64,000 nucleotides of DNA from Alphaproteobacteria bacterium (GCA_018401675.1 JAGYKM010000001.1:105695-169694); one strand, 5' to 3'; shown: positions 1-12,792, counted from the stretch's first letter. Notes: generated from the sequence alone by a model not told the origin. Made by a program: numbers and translations.

Positions 1-461
1 TTCCATTTCTTGTGGCTGGAAATGGGGGTTCTGCATCGGATTCCATGCACATTGCGGGAGAATTGGTTGGCCGTTTCCACAAAAATAGAAAGGCATATCC
101 CGTTATTTCCTTGGCAGCTGACTCGGCGGTGCTGACTTGTATAGGAAATGATTTTGGTTATGAAAAGGTTTTTGAACGTCAAGTGGAGGCGTATGGAAAA
201 CCCGGGGGCGTATTTTTGGGGATTACCACTAGTGGAGGGTCACCCAATATACTGAAAGCCTTCGTCAAAGCCCGTGATTTGGGAATGACTACCATTGCCT
301 TAACGGGCGAAAAGGGATTCAAGACCCTTAAAAATCAATGCGACATTTTCTTAGGCGTGCCTACCTCATCTACCCCTCGTATCCAAGAAATTCATGTCTG
401 TTTGTATCACTACTTATGTGAACAAGTGGAAGCTCTTTTGAAATCAGCTGAACCGGGGTGA
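1..461 (+). CDS. gmhA: Phosphoheptose isomerase GmhA (SIS domain), 5'-partial; continues upstream of the window
   Basis: The translation from nt 3 ('FLVAGNGGSASDSMHIAGELVGR...GITTSGGSPNILKA') matches the GmhA core 'SCGNGGSHCDAMHFAEEL...ISTSGNS'. The first ~50 residues of the protein are missing, so the ORF is open at the window edge. Confidence 0.8.
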   Translation, partial: PFLVAGNGGSASDSMHIAGELVGRFHKNRKAYPVISLAADSAVLTCIGNDFGYEKVFERQVEAYGKPGGVFLGITTSGGSPNILKAFVKARDLGMTTIALTGEKGFKTLKNQCDIFLGVPTSSTPRIQEIHVCLYHYLCEQVEALLKSAEPG

Positions 462-463
462 GA

Positions 464-937
464 CTACAAAGCCTCCGGAGTGGCTGGGGTCGAGGATTTG
501 GGGCCTTTACAAAAGGACTCGCAAACCTTTGTTAAGGTAAGTAAATCATAATAACAGACCGCGTCATTTTTCTTCCCGTCGGAGCACATGAGCTGGGCTT
601 GTTCAATCATATACTGAGCGCATCCTGTACCTGACCCATTGCACTTAGAGCAGTCCGACCCGCAGGTCATTAGGACGTAGTCTTCAGCTGTTCGAGGGGT
701 TATTATGGGAGACTTAGTTTGATAAGTTTGGCGAGACAGTGAGTTATGGATATGGGGAGAAAAGAACGAGGGAAATAAAATCGTCGCTAGATAAAAGATG
801 GCAAGAAAGAGAAGAATAATCCCGCCTATTTTTAGAAGCATTTTCATAGTCCTAATACCCTTTATTTTTTTAGTATAACTTTCCCACAAACTCAACCTTA
901 CCAGAAAATAAGTAGTTAGGCTGTATAAAAACCGCAC
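464..937 (-). CDS. Hypothetical small Cys-rich protein with an N-terminal hydrophobic anchor. The true start is probably the internal Met (MKMLLKIGG...)
   Basis: ORF of 157 aa with a hydrophobic segment 'LLKIGGIILLFLAIFYLATILF' and 9 Cys in the C-terminal 60 aa. No recognisable family. Confidence 0.3.
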   Translation of the reverse strand: MRFLYSLTTYFLVRLSLWESYTKKIKGIRTMKMLLKIGGIILLFLAIFYLATILFPSFFSPHIHNSLSRQTYQTKSPIITPRTAEDYVLMTCGSDCSKCNGSGTGCAQYMIEQAQLMCSDGKKNDAVCYYDLLTLTKVCESFCKGPKSSTPATPEAL

Positions 938-1160
938 AAACCACCCGCCGCACTATAAAATAAAAGCGGCTCATTGGAAAACTTCCTGGCCAGAAGCCAT
1001 GATCTTTTAGATCTGCTTGATCACTTCTCGGGATGTCTCCAGGGGATACTTAAATAGCGATTGTTTGATGAAATTTCCCCCAGTCTCTCAATAAAGTCAG
1101 ATGGTTTATGCCTTTTCATCCTAGTTGTTCTGAAGAGAAATTGGCCATTATAAAGGGGAG

Positions 1161-2540
1161 TTAGATTGTATCTGAAGATGTGATAGCACCAACTTCCGCA
1201 TCAATGAATTCTATGAGGATTGAGGTGGGACCTTGGTCTAAGAGTGTGGAGGCTCGAAGAATGGGCTTTGATGTGTGGGCATCTTTTACTAACGCAAAAC
1301 CTTTGCGTAGAATTTTTGAATAGGACGCCGCTTCGAGTAATAAATGTTGTTGTTTGAGGGTGAGCTCGACGACCTGTATGCGCTGTCTTAGGGCACGGAG
1401 GACTCGATCCAGCAGACTCTGAGCATAGCTATTTCCCTCGTGAATTCTGTTTAGGGGGAATCTAAAGCGTTGAAGAGTAGTAAGGAGAGAAATCCTGAGG
1501 AGCGATAACTTTTTTTGCAGACCAGATCTTAACGCATCTGTTAAATCATCAAGCCGCTGAACTTTTGGTTCAAAAAGCCTTAAGGGATTTTTTAGTTTAT
1601 CATTTGTTTTGGCAAAAGTTAGGTGCGCTCGCTGAAGAACATGGTGACTATGGAGAACGAGCAAACGTTGCTTTTCAAGAAGAGCCTCAAAAAGATCTTG
1701 ACGCACAGGGACAACCATTTCAGCTGCTCCGGTAGGAGTCGGTGCTCTTAAATCAGAAACAAAATCTAAAAGAGACGTATCAGTTTCATGACCGATAGCG
1801 GATATGACGGGAATAGTACAAGAGAAAACCTCACGAATAAGAGCTTCATCGTTGAAAGCCCATAAATCTTCTATGCTGCCCCCACCGCGGGCTATAATAA
1901 TGACATCCGGTCGAGGAATAGGGCTGGACGCAGTGAGTGATTCAAATCCCCTTAGAGCGCGAATGATGGATGGGGGAGCGCCCTCTCCTTGGACAGCTAC
2001 GGGCCACAATAATACATGGCGAGGAAAGCGTGCTCGAAGACGGTGAAGAATATCTTGAATCACAGCGCCAGTAGGGGAGGTGATAATACCAATAGTGTTG
2101 GGTATAAAGGGCAAGGATCGTTTATGTTCTTGGCCGAAGAGCCCTTCAGCTCTCAGACGCTCTTTGCGCTCTTGTAATAGTTTAAGTAAGGACCCCTCCC
2201 CAAAGACTTGAGTTTTTTCGACGATTAACTGGTATTGAGAGCGTCCCGGATAAGTGGTTAGGCGTCCCGAGGCAATGATTTCCAAGCCCTCTTCCAAAAT
2301 TACCGATCCACTAGAAACAGTGCCGCGCCAACAGACAGCAGATAAAAGAGTGTCTCCCTCTTTTAAGGAGAAATAAACATGGCCCGAGGTGTGTTTTTTT
2401 AGTCCCGTAATTTCTCCACGTATGCCAATCCCTGAAAAGGTCGTTTCAATTGTTTGTTTTAAGGCCCTGGAAAACTGAGAGACCGTCAGAACAACCGGGG
2501 TATTTGTGGGATAGGAAGGAGAGGCAGAAGAATAGGTCAT
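1161..2540 (-). CDS. xseA: Exodeoxyribonuclease VII large subunit
   Basis: 459 aa. The N-terminal OB-fold 'VSQFSRALKQTIETTF...GEITGLKKHTSGHVYFSLKEGDTLLSAVCWRG' is the canonical XseA signature, followed by the catalytic core and a C-terminal coiled region. Confidence 0.85.
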   Translation of the reverse strand: MTYSSASPSYPTNTPVVLTVSQFSRALKQTIETTFSGIGIRGEITGLKKHTSGHVYFSLKEGDTLLSAVCWRGTVSSGSVILEEGLEIIASGRLTTYPGRSQYQLIVEKTQVFGEGSLLKLLQERKERLRAEGLFGQEHKRSLPFIPNTIGIITSPTGAVIQDILHRLRARFPRHVLLWPVAVQGEGAPPSIIRALRGFESLTASSPIPRPDVIIIARGGGSIEDLWAFNDEALIREVFSCTIPVISAIGHETDTSLLDFVSDLRAPTPTGAAEMVVPVRQDLFEALLEKQRLLVLHSHHVLQRAHLTFAKTNDKLKNPLRLFEPKVQRLDDLTDALRSGLQKKLSLLRISLLTTLQRFRFPLNRIHEGNSYAQSLLDRVLRALRQRIQVVELTLKQQHLLLEAASYSKILRKGFALVKDAHTSKPILRASTLLDQGPTSILIEFIDAEVGAITSSDTI

Positions 2541-2585
2541 GACCGTTCCCTTATATTAAAATGGAAAGTTAAGGGTGCGTAGGGG

Positions 2586-4024
2586 CTATTTTTTTTTATT
2601 TTTTGGTTTTGCGGGACCAAATACCGGACTCCGGTAGTTCCATATTAAACCAAAGAAAAAGGCGCTCATAAGCGAAGAAACAGCAAAAACTATAAAAGCA
2701 GCATCCCATCCCCAATGATCCACAATGATGCCGATGCCCACACCAGCTACACCGGCCCCAATATAACCAAAGGTTCCTGTAAGTCCATTTGCGGCTCCAG
2801 CGGCTTTTTTAGAAGCAAAATCTGCTGCTGCAACGCCTTGAAGGATTTGGGGGCCACTAACAAAAAAGCCTATCATTATCATAACAAAGGAACTTTGGAA
2901 ATTTGAACCAGAGGGAATTTGCCATAGATAGATTAAGAAAAGCATCAAGATAACCATAAAGACCATGGCAATAGGTCCGCGACGTCCTTTGAACGCGCGA
3001 TCTGATAAAGACCCAGCTACAATGCCTCCAAAGATGGCGGCAACATCAAAGCCAACAGTTTGCCAGGACGCACCCACCAAGGTGCTTCCTTTATTTTCTA
3101 TAAGAAAAGTAGGGGCCCAAGTTAAAAGACCAAAACGTAAGACATAAAAAAACATATTGGCCCAGCACATGTACCATACCAGTTTGTTTTTTAGGACACG
3201 ATCGACAAGAATCTCTCTTAAAGAAAGGGTCTGATCGCTCTCTTCTTGGATTACTAAAGAGGCGGATTTCTTTTCTTTATGTTCTTCAATGGACGGAAGC
3301 CCCAGAGATTCAGGGGTATCGCGCAAGCGGTTGTACAAAGCCAAGGCCAAAAAGACCGTAATAATACCTGGCACCCAAAAGGCGCTACGCCAACCCCATT
3401 CTACAATGAGGTATCCGCCGCCTACGGTTACAAGGGCAGCACCTATTTGATGAGAGGAATTCCAAATGGCCCACTTTGTGGCAATCTCTTTGGGATGAAA
3501 CCAGTGGGTAAGCAGTCTTTGACACGGGGGAGCCCCCATAGACTGAAAACACGCATTCAAGGCCCAGAAGAGAAAAATAAATAAATATTAGATATAAACC
3601 CCGTGGCGAAACACACAAAGGCCGACAGACATAAGCCTAGGGACATGAAATAACGGGCATTAGATCGGTCGCTGAAGGTGCCGCTAATAGCTTTTCCAAG
3701 GCCATATATAAAGGCAAATGAACTTCCTATCATCCCTAACTGAGCTTTGGAATAGCCGAATTCCAAACTCATTTGAGGCAGGGCAATGGCTAAGTTCTGG
3801 CGCACCAGATAAAAGGCAGCGTATCCGAACATTAAAGAGTAAAGGATGCGAAAACGCCAATAGCGAAAGGATTTCGATACCGAAGGAGAAGATCCTTGAG
3901 ACTGGGTCACGGGGTTTACAGTAGATAACGGACGGTGACCTGACTCACCAGATGCTCTCATGCCTATTCCTTTCTTGTAAAGTTGAAGTACTGATAGAGG
4001 ATTCTTTGCCAAAAAGCAATTCAA
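2586..4024 (-). pseudogene. GlpT/UhpC-family organophosphate:phosphate antiporter (MFS), interrupted by a frameshift near nt 3557-3575
   Basis: Two adjacent ORFs (3557..4024 and 2586..3560) together align along the full GlpT/UhpC length ('FGYAAFYLVRQNLAIALP', 'SMGAPPCQRLLTHWF', 'DTPESLGLPSIEE'). The junction lies in a T-rich run (sense 'tatttatttattttt'). Confidence 0.7.
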
Positions 4025-4722
4025 ATTACCATGGATAAGGGTTGGTATAGGTCAATTCCCAAAGGAGAGACTTGGCATTTATAGGCACAGGATTCCACAC
4101 CGAGAGATCTGGCTTTTAAAAAACGTATTTTGTACTCGGGGTCAATATCATCATTAAGGGTAAAGGAGGTGACGTCGCTGCGTTGCACTACGAAAACCAT
4201 CATGCTTCTGGCGCCAGAAGCTTTTAGGGTGATTAATTCGTCAAGGTGCTTTCTGCCTCGAGTCGTAGGAGAGTCAGGAAAGGCAGCGTGCTCCTTCCAT
4301 TTCATCTGTACGGATTTGACCTCGACATAACAAGGAGGCAAGCTATCATTTTGTAATTTGAAGTCGAGCCGACTACGGCTAGAAACTTTGGGCTCTCTAT
4401 GGATAAGAGTATATCCTGTTAAAGAAGCAATTCGGTCTTTTAAAAGAGCCTCATAGACTAGTTCATTAGGCAAATGGGTATTAATACCTACTATAGTTTC
4501 TTCTTCTTGCGAGAGCTCCCAGGTGTATGAAAGTTTGCGAGTGGGAGAAGGCGCGTGGCGTACCCAAACGGGCGTCCCTGGCAAGGTGACCCCAAGCATA
4601 GCCCCTGGATTAGGGCAGTGAGCGGTAACCATTTCTCCGGTGGACAGAATTTGAATATCGGCAAGGAAACGCTTATAGCGTTTGATGAGGCGTCCTTGAA
4701 TGAGTATAGAAGGGTAGATCAT
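4021..4722 (-). CDS. sfsA: Sugar fermentation stimulation protein SfsA family
   Basis: 233 aa with 'GRLIKRYKRFLADIQ...HCPNPGAM...YVEVK', typical of SfsA. The start overlaps the glpT/uhpC stop (ATGA). Confidence 0.7.
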   Translation of the reverse strand: MIYPSILIQGRLIKRYKRFLADIQILSTGEMVTAHCPNPGAMLGVTLPGTPVWVRHAPSPTRKLSYTWELSQEEETIVGINTHLPNELVYEALLKDRIASLTGYTLIHREPKVSSRSRLDFKLQNDSLPPCYVEVKSVQMKWKEHAAFPDSPTTRGRKHLDELITLKASGARSMMVFVVQRSDVTSFTLNDDIDPEYKIRFLKARSLGVESCAYKCQVSPLGIDLYQPLSMVI

Positions 4723-4825
4723 TGAAGAGGTCCCTAAGGTGTGAAAGATTTTGTGGGTGACGTACCTCTAAAGAGATACACCTTGACAGGGTTATGAAAC
4801 CTAGGTAGCACAAAAGGAACGGTCT

Positions 4826-4911
4826 GCCCAGGTGGCGGAATGGTAGACGCGCTAGATTCAGGTTCTAGTGAGCTTTAGCTTGTGGAAGTTCGAGTCTTCT
4901 CCTGGGCACCA
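4826..4911 (+). tRNA. tRNA-Leu (anticodon CAG) with long variable arm
   Basis: Sequence gcccaggtggcggaatggtagacgcgctagattCAGgttctag...gttcgagtcttctcctgggcacca. It has a 7-bp acceptor stem, D and T arms, a long extra arm, and an encoded CCA. Confidence 0.85.
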
Positions 4912-4971
4912 TTACTTTTAAGATCGCGCTAGGAACGCCATCACTTAAAGTCTACAAGTCTACGCTCAATT

Positions 4972-5631
4972 ATGGTCTGCAAAGAGAGTTTCCGTATAAT
5001 GAAAATTGAAATCTATCAAAATGATCTTCCTGACAATCACCCTTTTTTGGATCCAAGTTTCTCAAAAGAACTGGCTATAGATACAGAAACTATGGGGTTA
5101 GTGAGTGGGCGCGACCGATTATGCTTGGTTCAACTCTCTGCAGGAGATGGAGGGGCTGTCTTAATTCAATATAAAACACGAGAGCAAGGAGTTGGTCTCA
5201 ATTTGCAAAAGATCCTTCAAGATGAAACCAGGGGAAAAATTTTTCATTTTGCTCGTTTTGACTTACTCGCCCTTCAAACACATTTTAATGTGCCTATAAG
5301 GGGACCTCTATTTTGCACAAAAATGGCTTCTAAAATAGCCCGCACTTCTACTGATAAACATGGATTAAAAGATTTATCAAAATCTTTACTGGATATCGAC
5401 TTGCGCAAAGAGCAGCAAGGTACAGATTGGGGTTCGGATATTTTATCCGAGGAGCAAAAAAACTACGCGGCTAATGATGTGATTTACCTCCACGATTTAA
5501 AAGAGAAACTCACGGTTCTCCTTAAAAGAGAGCATCGTTGGGAAATAGCACAGAAGCTCTTTTCTTTTTTGCCTTTGCTTCTCGAGTTAGATCGCTTAGG
5601 ATTCAAAGCGGAAGAGATTTTATCTCATTAG
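4972..5631 (+). CDS. 3'-5' exonuclease, RNase D-like (DEDDy family), short form
   Basis: 'IDTETMGLVSGRDRLCLVQLS...ANDVIYLHDL' matches the Exo I-III motifs of the RNase D / 3'-5' exonuclease domain. Confidence 0.65.
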   Translation: MVCKESFRIMKIEIYQNDLPDNHPFLDPSFSKELAIDTETMGLVSGRDRLCLVQLSAGDGGAVLIQYKTREQGVGLNLQKILQDETRGKIFHFARFDLLALQTHFNVPIRGPLFCTKMASKIARTSTDKHGLKDLSKSLLDIDLRKEQQGTDWGSDILSEEQKNYAANDVIYLHDLKEKLTVLLKREHRWEIAQKLFSFLPLLLELDRLGFKAEEILSH

Positions 5632-5682
5632 AATAAGAAAACTTCCATCAAAACGTACCAGGGCCTGAGGACCATCGGTTTT

Positions 5683-6687
5683 ATGAATGAGCACACTAAT
5701 AGTACACCCTTACTGGATAGAGAAGAGAAAGAGGTTTTTGATGACCTTGGAGTGGCCCGTGCTGTATTTTCAAAAGAAATGGAAGGTCTTCAGAAAGTTT
5801 ATGCCACACTAGATCATTCTTTTGAGCAAGTGATTTCTTTACTCTATAAGCTAGAAGGTCGCGTCATAGTAAGTGGGATGGGAAAGAGTGGCCACGTGGC
5901 ACGAAAGATCGCGGCAACCCTTTCTTCCACTGGAACACCGGCTTTTTTCGTTCATCCAGGCGAGGCAAGCCATGGGGATTTAGGGATGATAACCCGTCAA
6001 GATTGTATTATCGCCCTCTCGAACTCGGGAAAAACCAAAGAACTTATTGATCTCTTGGAATATGCCCGTAGATCCCGTATCCCTTTAGTGGCTATCACCC
6101 AAAATGAAGATAGCCTTTTAGCGCAGGCTTCTACCATTTCTCTTATATTGCCTCCTTTTGAAGAGGCTTGCCCCAATCATTTGGCCCCAACTACGTCTAC
6201 TACTATAATGATGGTATTGGGGGATGCTATCGCCCTCGCTTTGCTGGTGCGTCAGGGGTTTTCTGCTCATGATTTTAGACGTTTTCATCCAGGGGGAGAA
6301 CTGGGTCGGAAGGTGCTTCAGGCAAGAGATCTGATGCATACTGGCCCCATGATTCCCTTGGTAGACACTAAGATGAAAATTCAAGAAGCCCTACCTTTGA
6401 TGACAGAAAAAAAATTCGGATGTTTGGGTGTGGTCAAGGGTAAAGAGCTGATTGGTGTTATTACCGATGGAGATCTTCGGAGACATTTGGTATTGGGGTT
6501 CTTTGATAAAACCGTAGATGATATTATGACTGCTGGAGGGCAAACCCTAAAGGAGAATGATCTTGCTGTGGACGCATTAGCCTGTATGCAAGAAAAAGGC
6601 ATAACGTCTTTGTTCGTGGTGAATGAAGCCCGGATTCCCGTTGGAATTTTGAATATTCATGACTGTTTGCGATCTGGTCTTATATGA
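5683..6687 (+). CDS. kdsD: Arabinose-5-phosphate isomerase (SIS + tandem CBS), KdsD/KpsF
   Basis: 334 aa with 'GRVIVSGMGKSGHVARKIAATLSSTGTPAFFVHPGEASHGDLGM' (SIS) and C-terminal CBS pairs. The conserved kdsD-lptC-lptA-lptB context follows. Confidence 0.85.
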   Translation: MNEHTNSTPLLDREEKEVFDDLGVARAVFSKEMEGLQKVYATLDHSFEQVISLLYKLEGRVIVSGMGKSGHVARKIAATLSSTGTPAFFVHPGEASHGDLGMITRQDCIIALSNSGKTKELIDLLEYARRSRIPLVAITQNEDSLLAQASTISLILPPFEEACPNHLAPTTSTTIMMVLGDAIALALLVRQGFSAHDFRRFHPGGELGRKVLQARDLMHTGPMIPLVDTKMKIQEALPLMTEKKFGCLGVVKGKELIGVITDGDLRRHLVLGFFDKTVDDIMTAGGQTLKENDLAVDALACMQEKGITSLFVVNEARIPVGILNIHDCLRSGLI

Positions 6688-6714
6688 TATAAAAAGCTGT
6701 GAAGAAAGGGTGTT

Positions 6715-7392
6715 TTGGTGTCAAAAACCTATTTCCATATAAAAAACAATGCGGTAAGGGCGAAAGATATTTTTACCTATCACCGCAAGATGAAGAGATT
6801 GAAGGGCGCATTCTTTCTTGTTGCCGTATTAGGCGGGGCTATTTTTTTGTTTTTTCCCATGGGTGTTAAAAATTTACATTGGATTAAAAAAAAAGAGACG
6901 GCCGTGGAAAGCATTGTGCCTTCGAAGCATGCTCTTACAATGAAAGAGACTCAAGATTTCCAGAAAGAAATGCTTTCGCCGGTATTTACGGGTAAAGATG
7001 CTCAGGATCGACCATTTAAAATCTCAGCCGACTATGCCAAAGAAGAACAAGACGGTGATGTGGACCTCATAGCGCCCAAAGGTGATCTAGATTTGGGAGG
7101 GGGAAATTCATTTACCGTCCGTGCTCTTAAGGGGAAATTTACGAATCATAGAAAAAAATTACAATTAGAAGGTCAAGTTGTCGTGACTTACGGTGATTGT
7201 GCGCTTGAAACTCCTGCAGCTGAGGCAAATCTTTCGTCAGGAGAGGCTAAAGGAGACCTTGAGGTGCGTACCCTTTGTCCTGGGGTTCAAATCCAAGCTA
7301 CAGGATTTACCATGGATAAAGCCAAGGGTACTTTCACCTACGCAGGCAGGCCTCGTGTCCTTTTCACCAAAAGTCCTACTCCATCCTTATAA
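6715..7392 (+). CDS. lptC: LptC-like LPS export protein (N-terminal TM anchor). The start is uncertain and may be the Met at ~6790
   Basis: Position between kdsD and lptA. It has a single N-terminal TM ('AFFLVAVLGGAIFLFF') followed by a periplasmic beta-jellyroll-like region. Sequence similarity is weak. Confidence 0.45.
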   Translation: MVSKTYFHIKNNAVRAKDIFTYHRKMKRLKGAFFLVAVLGGAIFLFFPMGVKNLHWIKKKETAVESIVPSKHALTMKETQDFQKEMLSPVFTGKDAQDRPFKISADYAKEEQDGDVDLIAPKGDLDLGGGNSFTVRALKGKFTNHRKKLQLEGQVVVTYGDCALETPAAEANLSSGEAKGDLEVRTLCPGVQIQATGFTMDKAKGTFTYAGRPRVLFTKSPTPSL

Positions 7393-7409
7393 CTTCGAAA
7401 GATAGCTCA

Positions 7410-8312
7410 ATGTTTTTTTTGCCCTCCTTTATACGTTATAACCAATGGATTCTTGGGGTTGTTTCTTGTCTGGTGGCGATCGTTTCGGTTTTGGGAGGAG
7501 CAGAAGGTATTGATCAAGGGCCCATTGAACTCGTAGCTGATGAGCTAAGGTACGAGGCTGGAGATGAAAAAGTCTTTGCGGAAGGGAATGTAGAGGTCAA
7601 GAAGGGAGAGGCTACCTTGAAGGCCAACAGACTTATTGGTTTAGTCCATAAATCAGCCAAGTTACCGTCTGAGTCCAATTTGGAGGGGAGAATGGAACTT
7701 AGAAAAATAGAAGCTTTTGGGCAAGTACGGTACAGTGCGCCACGCGAAATGGCCAGCGGAGCCCAGGCAACTTACGATACCGAGCGTGATATTCTGGTTC
7801 TTAAGGGAAATCCCGCTGAAGTGACCATGGGAGAGTCAACGTTGAGAGGAGATATTATTGAATTTGATAGGTCGGCTTACACGGTAGTATCTACCCATAA
7901 TGTGGTTCTTTCCGAGCCGGGTCAAATTCTAAAAGCTCAAAGAATAGTCGCGCATTTTAAAGAACAAAAGGACTCTGACGCGCTGGAACAAAAAACACCT
8001 AAGGATAAAAGTAAACTGGTGCTTAAGTATGCCGATGCCGAAGGAGGGGTAGAGATCATAGCGCCTCCTTACAAAGGAGAGGCGGAGACGGCAAGAGTTC
8101 TTGGGGATACCATAACTTTTCAAGGCAAGGTGCGCATAGCTCAAGGTCAGAGTTTGGTGGTGGGAGATTGTGGATGGTACCAAATGAAGGAAAAAACTGG
8201 AGGGGTGCGTCAGTGCCCAACAGATTGCGGGGCTAAGTTAGCCGCCTCAAAGCGAGTGCGCGCACTTTTTTATGCAAAAAAGATGGATTTTAGAAAAAGG
8301 AAGGCTCTTTAG
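7410..8312 (+). CDS. lptA: LptA/OstA-like periplasmic LPS transport protein with a C-terminal extension
   Basis: Signal-like N-terminus and an OstA-type repeat region ('LKANRLIGL...GNVEVKKGE'). It lies immediately upstream of lptB with a 1-nt gap. Confidence 0.55.
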   Translation: MFFLPSFIRYNQWILGVVSCLVAIVSVLGGAEGIDQGPIELVADELRYEAGDEKVFAEGNVEVKKGEATLKANRLIGLVHKSAKLPSESNLEGRMELRKIEAFGQVRYSAPREMASGAQATYDTERDILVLKGNPAEVTMGESTLRGDIIEFDRSAYTVVSTHNVVLSEPGQILKAQRIVAHFKEQKDSDALEQKTPKDKSKLVLKYADAEGGVEIIAPPYKGEAETARVLGDTITFQGKVRIAQGQSLVVGDCGWYQMKEKTGGVRQCPTDCGAKLAASKRVRALFYAKKMDFRKRKAL

Positions 8313-9074
8313 ATGAGTGAAAAACCCCCAGAAACGGGAAACGAAGAAGCGCGCATGTTGAGTTTAGACCGAGTGGGAAAAACCTATGGAAAAAGGCCTG
8401 TTCTGAGGAATATTAGCCTCACTATCCGCCGGGGGGAAGCTGTAGGCTTATTGGGCCCCAATGGCGCAGGAAAAACTACCTGTTTTTATATCATCATGGG
8501 TCTTATTCGTCCTGACTACGGCCAAGTTTTGCTGGATGGAAATGACATCACCATGCTGCCAATGTATCAACGAGCCCGATTAGGGGTGGGTTATTTGCCC
8601 CAAGAAGTATCGATTTTTAGAGGGTTATCAGTTGAGCAGAATATACAAGCTGTACTCGAAATCTCTGGCTTGTCTCGAGACGAGCAAGAAGGTCTTTTAG
8701 ACCATCTTTTGGCTATCTTTTCTATCGGTCATTTGCGCCGTGCGTCAGCCATGTCGTTGTCGGGAGGAGAGCGACGGCGTGTAGAGATTGCTAGGAGCCT
8801 TGCAGCCCGTCCCCAGTTTATTTTACTGGATGAACCTTTGGCAGGTATAGATCCCATTGCCGTGGGCGAGATAAGGGACGTAATCAGTCAGCTGAAAGAA
8901 TTAGGGATAGGTGTATTAATTACCGATCATAATGTCAGAGATGCCTTGGGGATCGTTGATAGAGCTTACATCGTCCATGAGGGGGTAATTATGGCAGAAG
9001 GGCCCCCAGAAGAAGTGACAGTCCACGAAGAGGTGAGAAAGGTCTACTTGGGAGAAAACTTTCAGCTCTCCTAG
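8313..9074 (+). CDS. lptB: LPS export ABC transporter ATP-binding protein LptB
   Basis: Walker A 'GPNGAGKTT', signature 'LSGGERRRVEIARSLA', Walker B 'ILLDEP'. This is near-identical in pattern to LptB. Confidence 0.9.
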   Translation: MSEKPPETGNEEARMLSLDRVGKTYGKRPVLRNISLTIRRGEAVGLLGPNGAGKTTCFYIIMGLIRPDYGQVLLDGNDITMLPMYQRARLGVGYLPQEVSIFRGLSVEQNIQAVLEISGLSRDEQEGLLDHLLAIFSIGHLRRASAMSLSGGERRRVEIARSLAARPQFILLDEPLAGIDPIAVGEIRDVISQLKELGIGVLITDHNVRDALGIVDRAYIVHEGVIMAEGPPEEVTVHEEVRKVYLGENFQLS

Positions 9075-9258
9075 GCACGTGAATCTGCCCGGGCGAGGAG
9101 ATAAAGCCTATAAGCCATATATTTAAAGGCAGAAAAATCAGTAAGTTAGAAAATAAAAAGAAACAAACAGACCCCCAGGGGGTGAAATATCCTAAAGCGG
9201 CATTATATACTATTAGGCGAGGCGTTTTTCAGGCTTTAAAAAATAAGATAAAAAAACC

Positions 9259-9287
9259 CTTGACACTTGAGTGAGCTGACGATATAA
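9259..9287 (+). promoter_or_regulatory. Sigma70-type promoter for the 23S-5S rRNA transcript (TTGACA-17-TATAAA) with an A-rich UP-like element upstream
   Basis: ttgaca (9259-9264), a 17-nt spacer, tataaa (9282-9287), preceded by 'aaaaaataagataaaaaaa'. It lies ~225 nt upstream of the mature 23S 5' end. Confidence 0.55.
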
Positions 9288-9512
9288 ACCCACTCACGCA
9301 TGACCACTGGTTCATGCAACTTGGCTCTTTGAAATTGTAAATATGTAAGATTATAAGGTACTCTGAACCTTTTGTTTTGCGAGTGTCTCTCTGAGAGATA
9401 TTTAAAAATCAAAAGATTTAAGAGAATACAAATGTGTTTTGTTTTTGTAGCGTAAGTTACGGCACAAAACATAAATTAATTAGCGAGAGATTTATCTCTG
9501 TACGCGAAATTG

Positions 9513-12236
<2,724 letters not shown>

Positions 12237-12342
12237 CTTTTTAGCGTACAGAAATAAATCTCTATACTCATTAATTAAGTACAGCCTCATAATCTTACAT
12301 ATTTCTCTTTCTTAGGCAAAGATACAGAATGCTTTAGAATGA

Positions 12343-12458
12343 CTTGGTGGTTTTAGCGAGGGTGTCACACACGATCCCATACCGAACTCGACAGTGAAAC
12401 CCCTCAGCGCCAATGGTACTATGTCTTAAGGCATGGGAGAGTAGGTCGCTGCCAGGTC
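12343..12458 (+). rRNA. rrf: 5S ribosomal RNA
   Basis: 'cttggtggttttagcgagggtgtcacacacgatcccataccgaactcg...gcatgggagagtaggtcgctgccaggtc' is a canonical 5S. It is flanked by a 12-bp perfect inverted repeat (aatgctttagaa / ttctaaagcatt) and then a T9 run. Confidence 0.95.
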
Positions 12459-12683
12459 TTTCTAAAGCATTTTTTTTTGTTTTAAGGTTTTTCATCTAAA
12501 AACCCCATTCCAAGGGCAAAAATCTGAACTAATGGAAAGGAAACCACGACTTTTTCTAGTTCCGCTCTGCTCGCATCCGTACAATTGTGTGAAGGTGTCC
12601 TTAAAATTCATTTGAAATTTGTTCGGCTAAAGCTATAACCTCATAATCTTACTGTATTCTCTACTTAGGCTTCAATAAAATTG

Positions 12684-12712
12684 TTGAACTTTTAGAAAAG
12701 CTCTAGTATATA
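12684..12712 (+). promoter_or_regulatory. Putative sigma70 promoter (TTGAAC-17-TATATA) for the UIM-protein gene
   Basis: ttgaac at 12684-12689, a 17-nt spacer, tatata at 12707-12712, in an AT-rich region. An RBS 'aggag' sits 7 nt before the ATG at 12793. Confidence 0.4.
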
Positions 12713-12792
12713 TTCTTTTATAGTATGCGTATTACTAAATGTCGTTTGGAATTTTATTATTGTATGCGGTTATTTTATATTAGGAGTTATTT

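Noticed and set aside
9075-9512. 16S rRNA or spacer tRNAs upstream of 23S
   Set aside because: The ~440-nt interval between lptB and 23S contains only a promoter and leader. There is no 16S 3' end and no tRNA-Ile/Ala.
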